Assembly: GCF_016433145.1 (NCBI RefSeq)
Contig: NC_058131.1
Coordinates: 288,984,962 to 289,048,961 of the forward strand
Origin: Gracilinanus agilis
Lineage: Eukaryota
Direction: 5' to 3'
DNA: 64,000 nt
The translations under genes and the position numbers were made by a program. Shown piece by piece: positions 1 to 11,199 of this stretch; the first letter of the stretch is position 1, and every line of letters starts with the position of its first letter. The notes beneath the pieces are model-generated. The model had not been told where the DNA came from. It made no database searches and worked only from the letters and a program-made list of their open reading frames with translations.

Positions 1-255
1 CCCAACTTCCTTATTCCTTCTGTACCACCACCTAGTAACCCACACTTGAAATCTCTAAGTCCGCCATCTTTGACTTTTCCCTAACTTTTACCCTATCACA
101 CAGACAATTGACAAGTCCTTTCAATTTAATTTCTACAATGCCTATGGCATCTAACTTTCTAAGTCAGGTCCTCATTACCTTTCACCTTCACAACTGTGAT
201 GTTCCTAAATGGCCTCTTGCCCTTCCAATCCATCCTTCAAATAGCAATGGCTCCC
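1..255. mobile_element. Degenerate L2 LINE fragment
   Basis: C/T-rich text resembling an L2 3' region (ctcattacctttcacc...aaatggcctct...caatccatccttc). Confidence 0.5.
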
Positions 256-267
256 TACTGCCTAGAG

Positions 268-454
268 CAAAGTTCTCAATTTAGAATCCATGGATTAAAA
301 AAAAAGATTCAATAACCATATTTTAATATGATTGGTCTTTATACTCATCTGCATTTTATTGTATGCATTTACTGTTTCCATAATCCCTCATTAAATAGGA
401 TTTTTATTGCAAAAATAAAAATAAAGTTCATGGCCCCTAGATAAAGAACCTCTG
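268..454. mobile_element. Old Charlie-type hAT MITE; related pieces at ~13036-13215 and ~61105-61195
   Basis: Degenerate TIRs CAAAGTTCTCAA...AAGAACCTCTG; shared internal AT-rich motif. Confidence 0.5.
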
Positions 455-471
455 ATAAGAAACCATTATTT

Positions 472-655
472 GGAGGCAGCCAGGTAGCACAATGAAAAGG
501 CCTCGGCCTGGAGTCAGAGGACTGGGTTCAAATCTACTCTCAGACACTGCCTAGCTGTATGGCCTTGGGCAGTTCACTTAATTCCAATTGCTTAGCCCCT
601 ACCACCTTGGAACCCTTAGTCTAAGACAGAAGATAAGAGTTGGTTTGTTTTTTAA
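472..655 (+). mobile_element. Marsupial CORE-SINE (SINE1/MAR1-like)
   Basis: tRNA-like head GGAGGCAGCCAGGTAG, CORE-like segment, SINE1-type tail. Confidence 0.65.
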
Positions 656-1210
656 TCATTGTTTTTCTCTGTAGGAATTTGTATACTAATGAAGAATCAA
701 AATCTGAAACCAAAAGATTTACTATTTAATGTTAGAATGGAAAGCAATAGGCTGAAATCATCCTGATTCAATCTATGGGACAGGTAGGTCTTGTTGTTCC
801 AGTTCTAGAGACCCTGGCCCTCGGTCATTGCCCCTACCAAGTTCTCTTTTCATCAGATTCAGTTTCCTCATTTTGCAGATGGGAAAACTAAGAGGTTAAG
901 GGCTTGCACAAACAGTATGTTACAGAGCCCTGAGTGAACCTCCATATTGTCCAGGCTCTTTGCATTGACCACAATGTAAAAAGCATCTATGGCTCAGCTT
1001 CCTGATCCTCTTACTCTCTGAAGCCAGACTCTGATCCGTTTCACTTGCCCTCCCTAGATTCAGTTTCCTCATTTGCAAAATCAGAACGTGGGATTACACG
1101 ATCTTTAAGGTTCCTTCCAGCAATAAACTGAAGATTGGCAAAAGCTTTCTACCCTACTTCTGCAGATAGAAGGGTAGCAGGAGGGAGGGGGCAGGAGATG
1201 AGCCCGGGCA

Positions 1211-1315
1211 TGACGTCAAAAGAGGAGTGGCTTGAAGCGTCCCAATTTGGCCCCTCCCGCCAACCCTCCGCTCTGGGTAAAGGGACCCAGGTGTGACGTC
1301 ACACGCTTCACGTGA
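1211..1315. promoter_or_regulatory. ZNF335 promoter: two full CRE palindromes and an E-box
   Basis: TGACGTCA 1211-1218; GTGTGACGTCACAC 1291-1304; TCACGTGA 1308-1315. Confidence 0.7.
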
Positions 1316-1439
1316 GATCGTAATGGATCCCTCCGCACCCAGGAGAAAGTAGTCCCAAAAGCCTGAGGAATCTCCACTACCCCAGAAAACGGAGACAGAT
1401 ATAGACTCATATCCTTCTAGGATCTCTGAGACGCCCTGC

Positions 1440-1870
1440 GATCTTGGGTGCCAGATCCAGGCCAGTTCCCGACCTCGCCCTTCCGCAGTGGCGTGGAAGT
1501 AGATCCGGCTTGTTGAAAAGACGATGGGTCCTTCCGCGGCGGGGGGAGGAGGATGGCGGCCGAGTCGATGCCGGAGCGGGAGAGGAACCCGGGGGAGAAA
1601 ACAGCGGGTAAGTACAGGTCAGGGGCAAGCCTCCCCACATTCTCTGTAGAGCAGCGATTATGGGCTTCCGCGGTGACTGGCGACGAGGTCCTGGGCCGGC
1701 GGGGCTGCCCGGACAGGGCCCCGGGGTCCCCCGATCTTTTAGTCGCTCTCGCACTTGCCTGAACGGAAACCCAGTGCCTCCACAAGATGGCGCCGGGCCC
1801 AGAGCTCAGGCAGCGCTTGGGACAGCCCTCCGCCGCCAAGGCCCCGGGATCGCCGCAGTCAACCCCCTCC
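1440..1870. promoter_or_regulatory. CpG island over ZNF335 exon 1/intron 1, with YY1-like (AGGATGGCGGC 1550-1560; CAAGATGGCG 1783-1792) and ETS-like motifs
   Basis: High GC and CpG density relative to CpG-depleted flanks. Confidence 0.8.
1530..1607 (+). other. ZNF335: ZNF335 exon 1 (5' UTR; start approximate)
   Basis: Strong donor CGG|GTAAGT at 1608 inside the CpG island. Confidence 0.8.
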
Positions 1871-2517
1871 ACTGGGGGAAAAAGGGGGAGGGGGGGACAG
1901 AGTGGAGAACGAACCACACTGACCCAGGGGGCCAATGGGCTGTACCACTGATCCTGGGACTGGGGGACCTCTGGGGGGCATGGACCATACCATTGACCAA
2001 GGGCACCAGCTTGTTCCCCCGACTGGGGCGGGAGTGAGGAACAGTGTGGCTAAGTGGCCAGAGCCACTGTTCCCTATGTGTGGGATGGTACCCCTAAAAT
2101 TGAGAGCCCAGAAGTCCTGGGTCCCGTTGCCCCGGGAACTTTCCTCCCCAGGCCCGCAAACGCCCCACCCTAGCTGGTGCCTCAGTTTCCCCTGTGGGGT
2201 AGGATTTTGGGCTGGGGTGAATGAGGCAGCCTCTGGGGGAGGTTGGCTCATGGACACCCCCTGTTTTGTTACTCCTTGCAGAGTGAAGGCCCCAGACTGC
2301 GAACTGGCCCTGCTGTCCCAGAGCAAGCCCCCTTCTGTGCTTTGGGCTTCTTGCCCAGGGCACTGCCCAGCTTAGTGGGCAAGAGACAGTGGTCGCCACG
2401 AGGCCTGGGTGCAGGGGCCTCAGGACTTTCTGCACAGCACCCCCAAGAGATACCCCTGGTGAGGCCAGTCATTCCTGTGGTACCTGTGCCTGGTGCCCAG
2501 GCAAGCCAGGGCCATCG

Positions 2518-2727
2518 ATGGAGGAGAATGAGGTGGAGAGCAGCAGCGATGCAGCACCCAGGCCTGCCCAGGAGGAGCCTTCTGAGAGTGGGCTGGATGT
2601 GGGCACCTCAGAGGCCATGTCAGCAGACAGCAGTGATGCTACTGCTGCAGCCCCAGGGCCCAGCCTCTTGTCAGAAGCAGATGATTCTGTTGTGGGGCAG
2701 AGCTCAGACCACGGCACCCGTTCCTTG
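2518..2727 (+). CDS. ZNF335: ZNF335 exon 2 coding part (exon acceptor probably 2282)
   Basis: ATG 2518 MEENEVESS...DHGTRSL; donor GTACCA at 2728, phase 0; acceptor ttgcag|AGTGAAG at 2281/2282. Confidence 0.88.
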
Positions 2728-3470
2728 GTACCAGATGGGGCTTGGGAGGAGGCTGTAAGGACTGGGAAGGGGCAATACCCAGTTGGGGAAGAGAAACAGT
2801 ATACCAGAGAGCCCAGCAGGCTTTGTATAACCCATGGGGCCAACCCCTACGGGGACCCTTCCTACATTAAGAACATGGCCATAGTTCCCAGGTAGAAGAC
2901 TTAAGGGAGCTCCTCTATCCTCCATTTCTAAATAATGTACTATGCCTGATATCCATTCTTTTTTAAAATTCCATTCAATTCAGTTATTTTTCTCCCTTCC
3001 TTTCTCATTAAATACTTAATATGAATAAAAGATTTGAAGAGAATGAATGAAGGGAAGAAAGCATTGCCATCATGTTCTGGTGGACATGGGGTTTACTCAT
3101 GTGGTTACCCCTCACTTCTATCCCAAAATTTTATAAGTTATGGATTTGATCTAAAAGATCCCTTTCTATATTTCATTCATCAATCCAACAAATTTCATAA
3201 ATCATTAAGTCCAAAACACTGCTAGGCACCAGGGAGACTTAGATAATAAGATAGAGTTCTTTAACAATCTAAGATAAAACAAATACCTTGTGATGTCAGA
3301 TTATCATTAAATGCATCGAAGAAGTTTTTTTAAAAAGTACTTTGTGAGATCCGAGAGTGAAAGTCATTTGGGATCAGGGGAGGCTTCCAGCAAGAAATGG
3401 CATTTGACTTTAAAAGATGGATAGGAATTCAGCAGGTAAAAAAAGGGAGAGAAGCAGTGTAGAATTGTTT

Positions 3471-3654
3471 GGTATTTCTCAAACCGTGCCATAAGAAATC
3501 TTGAAACACTACAAGTTGTTTTTTTGCTTTTTTAATGACCCTTATATTATTAACAGTCATTAAAATAATTTCAGAGGATTTTACTTCAAGGGTTCTGCTA
3601 AAATTTTGTTGAAACTCAAGTTATATCACTGCAGAAAAAGTTTGAGAACCACTG
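3471..3654. mobile_element. MER5/Charlie-like hAT MITE remnant
   Basis: Ends GTATTTCTCAAAC...AAAAGTTTGAGAACCACTG. Confidence 0.5.
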
Positions 3655-4229
3655 GGATAATGAATGGATAAAGAGGCAGCCCTGAGGTCAGGAAAACCTG
3701 GATTCAAATTTTACCTTTGACACATACTGGTTGTGTGAGCAAGTGATTTAAATCCTTGGTGCCCCTTCACAATTCTCTGTGATTATAAATTACAGAAAAG
3801 TTCCAGATCTGCAATAATGGAGGGAGTTTTCTCACTGGATATTGCCCATGTCTATGAAAGAACAAGTTTGTCCTAATACAAAGAAAAGTATCCAGGACAT
3901 TAGATGAGCCATCTTTATTTATTCACCCTGTTTTGTCCAGCAGGTGGGATATTTCCAGGTGTAGGAAACAGTAGGAATAAAGGCACAAAGACAGGAACAT
4001 TCAGGGCCTCTAGGAGATTCAATGTGTCCACAGACTCCTTTCTTAATTATCTTTACTGGAGTCCCAGTGTATGGTAACCCTGGGTAAGAAAGGGTATGAC
4101 CCAATACTGACCATCCCCACAACTGGAAACATTCAAATTACCTTTGATATGTCTCCAGCAGATTCATAAATCTAGGGTTGAGGGTATTAGAAAAGCTGTG
4201 GTCAAACTTCATTCTGTCTTAACCTGCAG

Positions 4230-4476
4230 GAGGAAGTGTCTGAAAGTAGCTGCAGCCGGGATGCCACCCCTCAGGGCTATCTGCCTGACTCTTCATCCAT
4301 TGGCCCATCAGCATTAGTGTCCAGTGGGTCAGCAGGTGGCCCCCCAGTGTTGGTGCATTCCAGTGTACTTGCCGATGCTGCCATGCTGGTCTCCGACTCC
4401 ACTGCTTCCTCCTCTGATTTGGGTTCTGCTATTGACAAGATCATTGAGTCAACCATCGGGCCAGACCTAATTCAGA
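4230..4476 (+). CDS. ZNF335: ZNF335 exon 3
   Basis: ctgcag|GAGGAAGTG (EEVSESS...GPDLIQ) A|gtaagt. Confidence 0.95.
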
Positions 4477-4580
4477 GTAAGTGAGGGACTGATTGTGTGG
4501 GACCTGGGATTAGGCCATTTTTCCCATTGCTTATTCAACTCACTGCTGGTTCCTGTGCTTGGCTATAATGTGCCTACTAA

Positions 4581-4736
4581 AGGCAGTGTAACGTGGTAGA
4601 AAGAGTCCTTGCCTGGTACTTTGAAGACCTAGGTCTTAGACTAGGCTCACTGACTTGCAGTGTGACCTTGGGCAAGTCTCTTTCCTGCTCTGGGCTTCAG
4701 TTTTCTCATCTGTAAAATGAGGGAGTTGGACTAGAT
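4581..4736 (+). mobile_element. MIR-type SINE, interrupted by a hAT element; resumes at ~5210
   Basis: CORE GTGTGACCTTGGGCAAGTC...CAGTTTTCTCATCTGTAAAATGAGGGAGTTGGACTAGAT then GATCTCTAA after the insert. Confidence 0.75.
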
Positions 4737-5201
4737 CAGCGATGGCAAACCTATGGCACAGGTGCCAAATATGGCACCCAGAGTGCTCTCTATGGGCACG
4801 TGGCTGCTGCCCCCTCCCTGCCCCGTTTGTTACTAGAAAGGCAGAGGGACTCAGGCAGAGTTGCTCCCCTCCCCCCCTCTGTCCAGAGGACATTTCTCTC
4901 ATGCCCTGCCCCTCTGCCCAGCAGGCAATGGGAGCGCACAGGGGATAAGGTGGGCGGCTCACAGGTGGCAGAGCTGGAGGGGAATGGAGTGCTTGGGCCC
5001 TCTCTACACTCACTCCTTACTTCATCCACCCCTCTGCCCAGCAGCCCAATGGGAGCACTTTCTCCCTCCCCTGTGTGGGGTAAGGGGGGGCAGTGGATGA
5101 GAGGAGCACTGCACCCAGTCTCTGGGGAGGGGGGGCATGGCATTTAGGCATTTAGTCTGTGGGGAGGGCGGCACTCTGTCTCTGAAAGGTTCCCATCAAT
5201 G
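4737..5201. mobile_element. Non-autonomous hAT DNA transposon (465 bp)
   Basis: TIRs CAGCGATGGCAAACCT / AGGTTCCCATCAATG; 8-bp TSD GACTAGAT / GGCTAGAT. Confidence 0.85.
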
Positions 5202-5489
5202 GGCTAGATGATCTCTAATATCCCTGTTTTTTGTTTGGGAGGCAAGACTGATATGGAGTAGTTCAATGATAGTGTATAACAGTATGTACTGAAGTGCCAG
5301 AGGGGCTCTTACAAAACAGTAAGAGCTATGGAATATGGACTGGTACAATCAGAAAGCTCCTGGGGGGAAAGAGGGAGGGGAGACTAGAGCTACATGTCAG
5401 AGAACTGAAGAGTGGAAAGTGAAGGGATCCAAGGTGCAGAGTCAGGTCTGAACCTGGTGGCCCAGAGAACAGTTTTGGTTCTATTCCAG

Positions 5490-5567
5490 GTTGCATCGCA
5501 GTGACAAGTGCAGAAGATGGTGGTGCTGAAACCACCCAGTACTTGATTCTTCAGGGCCCAGATGATG
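5490..5567 (+). CDS. ZNF335: ZNF335 exon 4
   Basis: ttccag|GTTGC; [25 protein letters not shown]; G|gtgagc; 78 nt. Confidence 0.95.
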
Positions 5568-5890
5568 GTGAGCACTAGCCTGGCAGCTGGTCATTGGGGC
5601 TGGAAGGAGGGAAGGAGTAAGGGTAAGAGAACAATGGCCCTGGAATCCAGAATGTCGGTCTCAGCTTATCTCACACATCTGATATTGCCAAAGTTACTCC
5701 TCTAGACATCATTTGTCCCATCTTTACAACAAAGGGGCTTGTACTCAACTACTTCTGAGGTTCCTTTACCCACCCTGACTGACATGCTATGATTCTTTGA
5801 AATGGGGGAGGCAGGGTCGGGGAGAATAGCATTCATCCTACAGCTTTTGTTAAGGACTTTGAGGTGATCCTCACTCTCTCGCTTCCCCAG

Positions 5891-6187
5891 GTGCCCCCAT
5901 GGTGTCCCCGATGTCCAGCTCTGCCCTGGCCCACAGCTTGGCAGCTATTGAGGCTTTGTCTGATGGGCCCACCTCTACCTCTACTTGCATGGAACCAGCA
6001 GAAACCCAGGACTGCTCTCCCACCACCAACCCCCCACCAGGCCCTGCAGAAGAGCCTGACCTGCAGAGCCTAGAGGCCATGATGGAGGTGGTGGTCGTGC
6101 AGCAATTCAAGTGTAAAATGTGCCAGTACCGGAGCAGCTCCAAGGGCACCCTGCTCAGACACATGCGGGAGAGGCACTTTCGCCCTG
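5891..6187 (+). CDS. ZNF335: ZNF335 exon 5 (first C2H2 finger)
   Basis: APMVSPMSS...[27 protein letters not shown]; AG/GT flanks. Confidence 0.95.
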
Positions 6188-6582
6188 GTACGTGGGAATG
6201 GGTGCGTCAGGGTGGGGAAGGTGCTCCCAGGGATGGGCAGAAGCAGTGGGAACTGGGCCCCGTGCCCCAGCTCCGCCACAGATTGGGGGTGTAATCTTTA
6301 GCAAAACACTTCCTCACCTTAGTTTGCTCCCTATTAAAATGAGAGTTGAACCAGACAGTTTGAAATACCTTCAGTCCTGCCACTAGTCCTGAGGCCCCTT
6401 CCTACTCTAGCATGCTTCTAGGGTCCTCTCTAGCTAAAATTCTCTGTTCTTATTTATTGGGTATGAGGGAGCTTGGTTAGTGTGTTCTGGAATCCACACA
6501 ACAGCAGAAGGTGGTGAGTGGCCTCTTGGTGACTAAGCCTGGGGGACAAGTTGGCATGGCCTCTGCCTCACTTTTCCCATAG

Positions 6583-6717
6583 CTTCTACAACAACAGCAT
6601 TGAAGAAGGGGCGTTCCAGGAAGTGGGGAGCTTCAGCTAAACCCCAGGAGGAAGAAGGACCAGAGGAGGAAGAAGATGATGACATTGTTGATGCTGGAGC
6701 CATTGATGACCTGGAAG
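6583..6717 (+). CDS. ZNF335: ZNF335 exon 6 (acidic tract)
   Basis: cccatag|CTTCT; ...[24 protein letters not shown]|gtgagc. Confidence 0.93.
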
Positions 6718-6830
6718 GTGAGCACTGGCTGAGAGATTCTGGGGAAGGGAGGAGCAGGAGAAGGTAAGGGCTGAGGCTGGGGCTGGTGGGTGGAAGAGTG
6801 GACTTAACATACTGCCTTCCCCTTTGCCAG

Positions 6831-6983
6831 AGGACAGTGATTACAACCCTGCAGAAGATGAACCCAGATCCCGGCAGCCACGTCCCCAGCGTCCCATTCC
6901 TACATCCAGTGCTGAACGGCCCCGAAGGAGGCCTGGGAGGCCTCGAAAGCTGCCCCGCCTGGATCTCCCCACCCCTCCAGAGG
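6831..6983 (+). CDS. ZNF335: ZNF335 exon 7
   Basis: [12 protein letters not shown]...[20 protein letters not shown]; AG/GT flanks. Confidence 0.93.
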
Positions 6984-7077
6984 GTGAGCCTTGTGAAAGA
7001 GGATGGGGTGGGAGGAGGGGAGGTAGCAAGCAGACTGTGGCATATCAAACCCATTAGAGAAACAGCATGATATAGTT

Positions 7078-7172
7078 CAGTGATTCCCAAAGTAAAAATT
7101 TAATTTCCAGGAGGCTAAGTAATATTTTTTCTGGAAAGGGGGCGGTAGGCCAAAAAAGTTTGGGAACCACTG
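7078..7172. mobile_element. 95-bp hAT MITE
   Basis: TIRs CAGTGATTCCCAAAGT / AGTTTGGGAACCACTG; perfect 8-bp TSD ATATAGTT (7070-7077, 7173-7180). Confidence 0.9.
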
Positions 7173-8011
7173 ATATAGTTGAAGTAGTTCTTGAAACTTG
7201 AAACACTTGAAATGTGCCTTCAAGTCTCACTTCTGACACCTAGCTCTGTGGTGCTACAAAAGTCTGTTAACCTCTCAGAGACTCAGTTTTCTCATCAGTA
7301 AAATAGAAATAAAGTTTACCTATCTCAGTGTGCTGTTGGGAGGAAAGTGCTTTTAAACCACAAAGTTCTAGGACAGCATTGGCGAAGGTTTTTAAGTTTG
7401 GATGCCCAAACTGCAACTTCAAGCTGCTTGTGAGCCCCATGTTACACCAGAGAGCAAAGGAGGAAGTGCCTGCTTTGAGGGGCAGGGCATGCAAAAAAAG
7501 TCCTCGGGCTCTGGGAATAGGGGGAACAGAGCAGCTCTCCCCGTGCTGGCTCAGCACGCATGCCAATACTTTGCCAGTGCTGCTCTAGGAGAGTCTGAGT
7601 TATCATAAGTATCCCCTAAATCTCAGTCTTCTAGACTGTCAAAGCACCTTTCCTTCTCTGCTGTCATTTGCACCTCAACACTCAGAAGGTAGGTAGGGCA
7701 GGTATTGTTATCTCTGTTTTATAGGTGATGATGCTAACTTCACAGAATCACAGAATGTAGAGAGTTAAGGGTCTTTAGAGGTCATCTAGTCTAACCCTGC
7801 CAATGTACAAATGGGAAGACTGAGCCTTAGAGAGTTGAAGTGACTAGCCTGAGATCTCATACACAGAACTAAGAGACCACTGGGCCCTGAACCTCATCTC
7901 CTAATTCCAAGTCCAGTGTTCTTTGCACAGGGCTACCACATTTCACATGGCATGTCTTTAGTTTGTCTGATGTATCTGTGGCATGGCTGTGAAGTGTCAG
8001 ATCTTTTACAG

Positions 8012-8612
<601 letters not shown>

Positions 8613-8890
8613 TAGGAAATGGGCTGCTTTGGAGTCAGGCAATCTGGATTTGAGTCTTAGCTGTGTGACCCTGGGCATGTCATTTCCTTTCTTAGGGCTT
8701 TAGTTTCCTCCTCTTTAATGTGACAAATTAGATGATCTTTCAAGCCCTAATATTTGGTTGCTTCGTAGTAAGCAAACTTGCAGGATTTCTGGTAGGGAAG
8801 GGAATGAGTGACCTTAGTCTCTAACTCTGGATGCCCGGGCACTTGAGGGAAGAGCATGCTCTAAGCCTGTTACCCTACCTGCCTCTCCAG

Positions 8891-9003
8891 GAGCACATGT
8901 TCAACCACGTGGGCAGCAAACCATACAAATGTGAGGAGTGCAGCTACACCAGTGTGTACAGGAAGGATGTCGTCCGACACTCTGCAGTGCATAACCGGGA
9001 CCG
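8891..9003 (+). CDS. ZNF335: ZNF335 exon 10
   Basis: [37 protein letters not shown]; 113 nt. Confidence 0.96.
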
Positions 9004-9080
9004 GTCAGTGGAAGCAAGTGTGCCTTTAGGAGACTGACAGGCAGGCAGCTAGGTTATTACCAAAATAAAAAGGATGGGAG

Positions 9081-9255
9081 GTATTAAGTGGCACAGTGGT
9101 TAGAGAGCCAGGCTTGAGTTGGGAGGTCCTGGATTCAAATCTGTCCTCAGACACTTCATAGCTGTGACTGGAAAAGTCACTTAACCCCATTGTCTAGCCT
9201 TTGCTCTTCTGTCTTAGAGTTGTTACTAGGGCAGAAGGTAAAGGTTTTTAAAGAC
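9081..9255 (+). mobile_element. SINE1_Mdo-like SINE
   Basis: GGCACAGTGG...GGGAGGTCCTGGATTCAAATC...GGTAAAGGTTTTTAAA. Confidence 0.8.
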
Positions 9256-9971
9256 AAAAAAAAAGTAATAAAGGGAAAGGATGACAAGAACAATTCTAGA
9301 CACATAGAGAGCATTTTATCATTTTCAAGACACCTGCCATATATTATCTTATGTTGATCTTCTTGATAGCTTTATGCTAAAGTTATCACCACCATGTTGT
9401 AGATCAAGAACTTGAGGTTCAGAGAGAGGTGGTGACTCCCGCCATAGTCCTTTAGTTCCTAGCCAGAACAATGGACTTGGCTCAGGAAATCTGGACTAAG
9501 TCTAAGTTTTATCACTTACTAGCTTTGTGACCTGGGACCAGGTATTCCAGCCCTCTGCACTTCAAGTGCTTCCTTTGGAAAATAAGGATAATGATAACCC
9601 GAATGATTTGCCTCAAGAGAGAAAGCTTTTCAACTGTGTGACCTTGGGAAAGTCACTTGACCCTAGCCACCAAGCCCTTAACTATTCTTCTGCCTTGGAA
9701 CCAATACTTAGAATTGATTCTAAGACAGAAGGTAAGAGTTTTGTTCTTTTTTTTAAAGAGATAGAAAGAGCAAATAAGCTTTGCAGCCATAAGGCACTAC
9801 TGATGTTTTCATTGCAGGGGGGGTAGTGGTTGGTGAGGAAGGAGTCACCTTCAGGGTCAAGGGAAACTTTTAGAATGGAAGGCTTCTTGGGGACTATGAG
9901 CACTTGGGATTAGACTTGGGAGGATGGGTCAGGGGGAGTCAGCTAATTCTCTGTGTATTTCTCCCTTATAG

Positions 9972-9990
9972 GAAGAAGAGGCCAGAACCT
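9972..9990 (+). CDS. ZNF335: ZNF335 exon 11 (19-nt microexon, RKKRPEP)
   Basis: cccttatag|GAAGAAGAGGCCAGAACCT|gtgagt; needed to restore phase between exons 10 and 12. Confidence 0.92.
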
Positions 9991-10026
9991 GTGAGTCTGG
10001 AGCTGTGGGCTGGGTTTGGGTACTGA

Positions 10027-10329
<303 letters not shown>

Positions 10330-10357
10330 TGACCTCTTTCCATCCTGACATTTACAG

Positions 10358-10434
10358 TGTGGAAAGTCCTTTAAGAAGAGATACACTTTCAAGATGCATT
10401 TACTAACACACATCCAAGCCATTGCAAATCGCAG
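10358..10434 (+). CDS. ZNF335: ZNF335 exon 13
   Basis: [25 protein letters not shown]; 77 nt. Confidence 0.96.
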
Positions 10435-10472
10435 GTACTATCCCCAAGTCCCTTCAGAAAATCTAAGTTCAA

Positions 10473-10680
10473 GGAGTAGCTAGGCAGCTCAATGGATAGA
10501 GAACAAGGCTAGGAATGGGAGATCTGGATTCAAATCTGGTCTTAGACACTTCCTTAGCTGTATGACCCTGGGCAAATCACTTAATCCCCATTGCCTAGCC
10601 CTTACCACTCTTCTGCTTTGGAACAGATGCTTGGTATCAATTCTAAGACAGAAGGCAGGAGTTTTTAAAAAAAAAAGGAA
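10473..10680 (+). mobile_element. SINE1_Mdo-like SINE
   Basis: Head, CORE, CCATTGCCTAGCCCTTACCACTCTTCTG tail and A-rich end. Confidence 0.85.
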
Positions 10681-11038
10681 AGAAAATCTAAATTCATATT
10701 GTAACTCCATTAATAGATGTATGACCCTGGGCAAGTCACCTTACCTCTCAGCCTTAGTTTTCCCCTCTGTCAGATGGAAATAATAATTCTTATACTGCTA
10801 CCTCACTGTGCTCTTATGAAGAAATTTCTTTGTAAACTGTAAAATGTTATATGTGTCAGCCATAATTATCATAGTAAGTCTTATTGTTCTTTCTAGTGAA
10901 AGTCTTTGTCCTGTGGGGAATAGAGAATAAGAGAGGGGGTAGGGGAATGCCCTTTGACCCTGTCCCTGAAGGGCCTTGGCTTATGGGCCCTCCAACCCCC
11001 TTCCTGGCTTCTCTAGTTACTCATGCGCCCAACCCCAG

Positions 11039-11199
11039 GTTCAAGTGTGAATTCTGTGAGTTTGTCTGCGAAGATAAGAAGCTTCTACTGAATCATCAGC
11101 TCTCCCATGTCAGCGACAAGCCTTTCAAGTGTAACTTCTGCCCCTACCGGACCTTCCGGGAAGATTTCTTACTTTCTCATGTGGCTGTCAAGCACACAG
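11039..11199 (+). CDS. ZNF335: ZNF335 exon 14
   Basis: [23 protein letters not shown]...[15 protein letters not shown]. Confidence 0.96.

Noticed and set aside
2284-2286. Selenocysteine or programmed readthrough at the uORF TGA
   Set aside because: Context TGA-AGG is not the TGA-CTAG readthrough motif and no SECIS was recognised; kept only as a testable possibility
1216-2472. Many 60-170 aa ORFs on both strands around the ZNF335 5' end
   Set aside because: GC-rich CpG-island sequence has few stops; Pro/Gly/Arg-rich products with no recognisable domain
2892-2897. Donor-like CAG|GTAGAA at the end of the long exon 2 ORF
   Set aside because: Phase 2, whereas exon 3 needs phase 0; would frameshift
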